Source of the DNA: Macrostomum lignano
Lineage: Eukaryota
DNA length: 64,000 bases
Direction of reading: 5' to 3'
Assembly: GCA_002269645.1 (NCBI GenBank)
Contig: NIVC01001435.1
Location: forward strand, 124,001-188,000
Program-made: the position numbers and the translations under genes
Shown here: piece after piece, positions 60,146 through 64,000 of the stretch
Layout of the letters: every line of letters begins with the position of its first letter
Numbering within the stretch: the stretch's first letter is position 1
Notes under the pieces: model-generated
The model's database searches: none
The model's input: the letters and a program-made list of their open reading frames with translations, nothing else
Told to the model about the DNA's origin: nothing

Positions 60146-63100
60146 TCATGAAGCCGCAGCAGCCGCCTCCGCCGTTGCCTCAGCCTCCTCAGCCTCGGCC
60201 CGGGCGGCCAGCCGGGCCAACAGCGGCTCCAGCCGGCATTCCGGAAACGCCACAGCAAGCGCGGACTCCAACAGCACCAGCAGCAGCCGCCTGTTGAGCT
60301 CCTCGCATTGCAGCATGCGGAACAGCCGGTCAACGCCCTGCCGGACGGCCTCGTTGCCAAGCAGCTGGCGCAGCTCGCCGGGCACGCTGGCCAGCAGCAC
60401 CGCCCGGCACAGCAGGCGAGTCCGCACGGCGTCAACCGGCTGCCGTTCCGGCGTCTCAGCCGGCTGGTCGAACAGCGCCTCGCGCAGCTGACGAAGGCCG
60501 TCGGCGACGCTCTGCGGCCCGGTAAGCAGGCGGGCCCAGTCAACAATGCGCCGGTTCACCCGGTCGCCGAGCAGCGCCCGTAGCAGTCGGCTGAGCGTCG
60601 ACACCACGGCCTTGCGCAGGACGCGGCTCCTGTCGCGCAGGTCGAACACCTCGTCTAGCAGAAGCAGCAGCAGCCGCAGCGGCAGGTTGCTCGGCCCGGC
60701 CGCGCCGCTACCGTCGTCTGAGGAGTCGCCGTCTTCAATGTCGGAATCGGAGCCGGAGTTTGTCGGCGACGCGGCGACGGCGGAGGAATTGACGTTGGAG
60801 CCGAGGGTCGGCGTGGAGCTCGGCCGCTTCATGAAGCTGCGCTTGACGCCATCGATAAGACTGTCCAGAGCGTTCCCGACTGCCGCCAGCTGCTGCTGCT
60901 GTTGCTGCTGCTCCTGTGGTTGTTGCAGAAATTGGCGCAGCAATTGCAAAGCCGATTCGGCTTTCGGTTTGTCGGCGCCAACGCCGGCGCAGCAGGCATC
61001 GATAACGGCGCGCAGGAAGGCGTCAAGCTGGCGCCGGCGCTGCTCAACTAAGCTGGGATTGAGGCGGCCGCGCACGGAAGTCTTGGCCGGAAATGGCAGC
61101 CGGCCCAAGCGGCTCCAGCGGGTAGCCAGGCCGGACTGCAGGTCGGAGAATTCCGAGTACCGGCGCAGCAGCTCCCACTGGATGGCCGGCTGGCCTGGGG
61201 CGGCGGGCGGCCGCGTCACCCGAATAGCGTAGCTGGTGTACGTCTCCGAGTCCGTCTGCAGATGGGCAGTGGGTAAGGGGGAAGGGAGATCCTTAACGAT
61301 ATGTTGCGTAAATAACTTTTAAGTACATTGAAAAACCCAGAGACACGTTTTGAGGGCCGATTTTTTTCGAAAAGCGAGTACACTGGTTAGATAGTTAGAT
61401 CGACACTGGATAGGTAGGTAGGTAGGTAGGTAAGTAGGTAGGTAGGTAGGTAGGTAGGTAGGTAGGTAGGTAGGTAGGTAGGTAGGTAGGTAGGTAGGTA
61501 GGTAGGTAGGTAGGTAGATATCGGCGGCTTCGCTCAACTTGCCAACCAACTCAATCACTGTCGCTGGACTCGCTGCCTTGGAGGGGGGGGTGTGACGCAA
61601 CCCTATTCAGCTGCGTACTAACCAAGACCAACTCTGCTTAAAATCCAGCCTTGGCTGTTCATTCGACTCAACACAGTAGGAAAACGATTCGAAGAAAAGA
61701 AGCCATACATGTAAGAACTGCAACTGACTCAGCAATAGCTCACCCGAGTTGTCTCGTGCCGAACAACACTGGCTAGGAGTTCGGTATCTGAGCCGCTAAC
61801 ATCACCGTCACCACTGCCGCCGTTGTCATCCATGGGCCCGGACTCCGACCCGGCCAAAACGTCGCCGGAAGAGTCCGCAGCCTCCGCCTCATCGGCCAGA
61901 CTGTCCAGCAGCTGCCTGTACTCCTCGCTGTTGGTGAACTGGCCGTAGAATTGGCTCTGGGCTAGCAGCCTCAGCAGGTCGGCGCGAAGATCCTCCAGCA
62001 CCGCGGCCAGACCCGATGGTGCTGACCGACTGGCAGCCGGAGTTGTTGCCGATGAGGCCGCGTGAAGCAGCTGTTGAGCACGCCGGATTATGGATGAGTT
62101 GAGCTGGCGGAGCTCCTGCAGTTGCGGTGAGGATAGAAGATTTGAGCAGTGCTTAGGGCAGTTCTAGTACAGGGACATCAGATTCAATAAGCAGTGCTGA
62201 ATGCAGTTCTGATACAGGAACAGCAGATTTGAGCAGTGCTCGAAGCAGTTCTGATACAGGGACAGCAGATTTGAGCAGTGCTCGAAGCAGTTCTGATACA
62301 GGGACAGCAGATTTGAGCAGTGCTGAATGCAGTTCTGATACAGGGACAGCAGATTTGAGCAGTGCTGAATGCAGTTCTGATACAGGGACAGCAGATTTGA
62401 GCAGTGCTCAAAGCAGTTCTGATACAGGGACAGCAGATTTGAGCAGTGCTCAAAGCAGTTCTGATACAGGGACAGCAGATTTGAGCAGTGCTCGAAGCAG
62501 TTCTGATACAGGGACAGCAGATTTGAGCAGTGCTCAAAGCAGTTCTGATACAGGGACAGCAGATTTGAGCAGTGCTCGAAGCAGTTTTGGTACAGAGAGG
62601 AGGCAGATTTGGCAGATTTGAACATTGGCAATTTTAGCAAGGTGAGCTCACCTGAGCTGCCGGGCCTTCCAAATGATCAGCCAAAATGCAGACGGCGGCC
62701 TCCGAGCTGCTGCCGCCGCCACGCCAGCCTTCAATATTGAGATAGAAGCCCAGGTAGCGGCCGAAGCCGGCGGAGTCCAGGTAGGAGTGAAAGGCTGCCA
62801 GCCCAGCCGGGTTGTCCATCACAGCGCTGAACGGTAGCCGCCGCCTGCGCAGCTGGGCCGCCCGCTCGTGGCAGCGCCGCCGCAGGAAGTCCAGGCTGGC
62901 CATGCCGGCGCGAACCTCGTCGTCGTCGCTGCCGCCGCAGTCGCGCGCACGGAGGCGGGCCACCTCGGCGGCGGCGAAACTGTCCAGTGCGGCCACCTCA
63001 TCTGGATCGGCTGTTGCCGACAGCGCCTGCGAAAGGGGGGGGGGTTGGGGCGAGAAAGCTGTCTTTAGCAGATCGAATTTTTCTGTGAAATGGAACGGAT

Positions 63101-64000
63101 AGCTTGGCTAATGGCACGCCCAATTCCGGTAACGCTAATGATTATCAGCGATATGGTGCTCACAAGATTCTTAACATACGGTTCAATTTCGCGAGCGGCT
63201 ACATTCATTTGGGGCTTTTGTGCACAAAAGTAAAGCGAGGGGTGTCCATGAGGGCCAACCCCTAAGGCGCAGAGAGTGTACATGCCTGACGGTTAGACAG
63301 CCAGGGCCGATGTACACCCTGTGTGAGCGAGTGTACGAGTGCGTGCCTGCGTAGGTGCCTACAGCCCTCCCGTGAATGTTGATCAGTTTTAACAATTTCC
63401 AATGATTACACTGACACTCAAACAGCCGATCCAGTTGTGGGATCCAAATAGATTGGGATGCGCCACTCTGGCAAGCCGCCTTCATCTTCTGCAAACTAAG
63501 AATTGGCATCTCAAGCCAATAACTCAGGAAATTCGATTCGGATGCGTCTGTTAACTTTTTTGGGTGAGTTCAGCCTAATCAACCTTTGAGCTAGCCGCAG
63601 TCAACGCTGCTTACTGTGTGCCCCGAGACTCACCTGCAGCAGGCTGTCCACATCGCAGGGCCGGCTCAGGCGCACAATCAGCTGATTGATGCTGTCCGGA
63701 CTGGCCAGCCAGTCGATGCCGCGCAGGATGGTTGAGGCGGCCAATTCGGCGAATAGGCGCCGATGGCAGGGGTGTCCACCCGGCGCCGGCGCCCCCAGCA
63801 ACAGCCGGCCGGCCAGAGATTCGGCCAGGCGGCCGAGAAACTCGCCCAGCCGGCGTCGGCTCTGGCACAGGACGGCCCTCGACCGGCCATCGATCTCGCG
63901 CTCGAGACGGAAGAAGCCGGCGGCCGGGTCGGCCTGGCGCCGCTGCAGGCTCCGCCGGTAGAGCCGGACGTGGCCGGCAAACAAATCGGCGCGCGCGCCG
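60146..64000 (-). CDS. SNX13: Sorting nexin 13 (PXA-RGS-PX-Nexin_C), 3' four exons; 5' end outside the window
   Basis: Exons >64000-63634, 63026-62652, 62115-61744 and 61255-60146, all phase 0. RGS segment LAAFHSYLDSAG...FYLNIEGWR, PX segment YAIRV...RRYSEFSDL, and Nexin_C segment PLRLLLLLLDEVFDLRDR...VNRRIVD. Confidence 0.88.
61411..61516. repeat. (TAGG)n microsatellite in an SNX13 intron
   Basis: About 26 tetranucleotide units. Confidence 0.97.
62140..62600. repeat. 42-bp intronic minisatellite (GAGCAGTGCTCGAAGCAGTTCTGATACAGGGACAGCAGATTT), about 11 copies
   Basis: Period 42. Confidence 0.95.
63175..63365 (+). mobile_element. SINE family 2 copy in an SNX13 intron
   Basis: GGTTCAATTTC B-box-like sequence plus catgagggccaacccc...gtgtacatgcctgacg. 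Confidence 0.7.

Noticed and set aside
61319-61600. Extra SNX13 exon (ORF ending in LPTY repeats)
   Set aside because: No compatible donor, the ORF runs into a TAGG microsatellite, and exon 62115-61744 splices in frame directly to 61255, restoring the PX start.

Overview
Eukaryotic (animal) genomic DNA. GC-rich exons with GT-AG introns sit in AT-rich or minisatellite-filled spacers. About 20 unrelated tandem arrays make up roughly 25 kb (about 40%) of the window. This architecture resembles the flatworm Macrostomum, but that is inference only. Genes reconstructed by hand from splice sites: the 3' part of TTLL5 (+), three copies of a two-exon SABATH-type SAM-dependent carboxyl methyltransferase, an intronless Rho-family GTPase, a 9-exon neutral ceramidase, ANKEF1, a small TM + Sel1-repeat protein with an RFX X-box upstream, and the 3' part of SNX13 (-). 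One methyltransferase copy is frameshifted and mosaic; one is nested antisense in a ceramidase intron. Mobile DNA: a full-length Ty3/Gypsy element with identical LTRs, two tRNA-derived SINE families (one with a MIR-type CORE domain), a Tc1 remnant and a TA-flanked MITE. A 12.9-kb, almost invariant 34-bp satellite appears to have been seeded at an exon/5' splice-site junction. The best candidate for an undescribed system is the recently expanding, diversifying SABATH methyltransferase family, an enzyme class characterised almost entirely from plants. It appears to have been copied as a CDS-bounded, intron-containing module whose stop-codon region is tandemly amplified.
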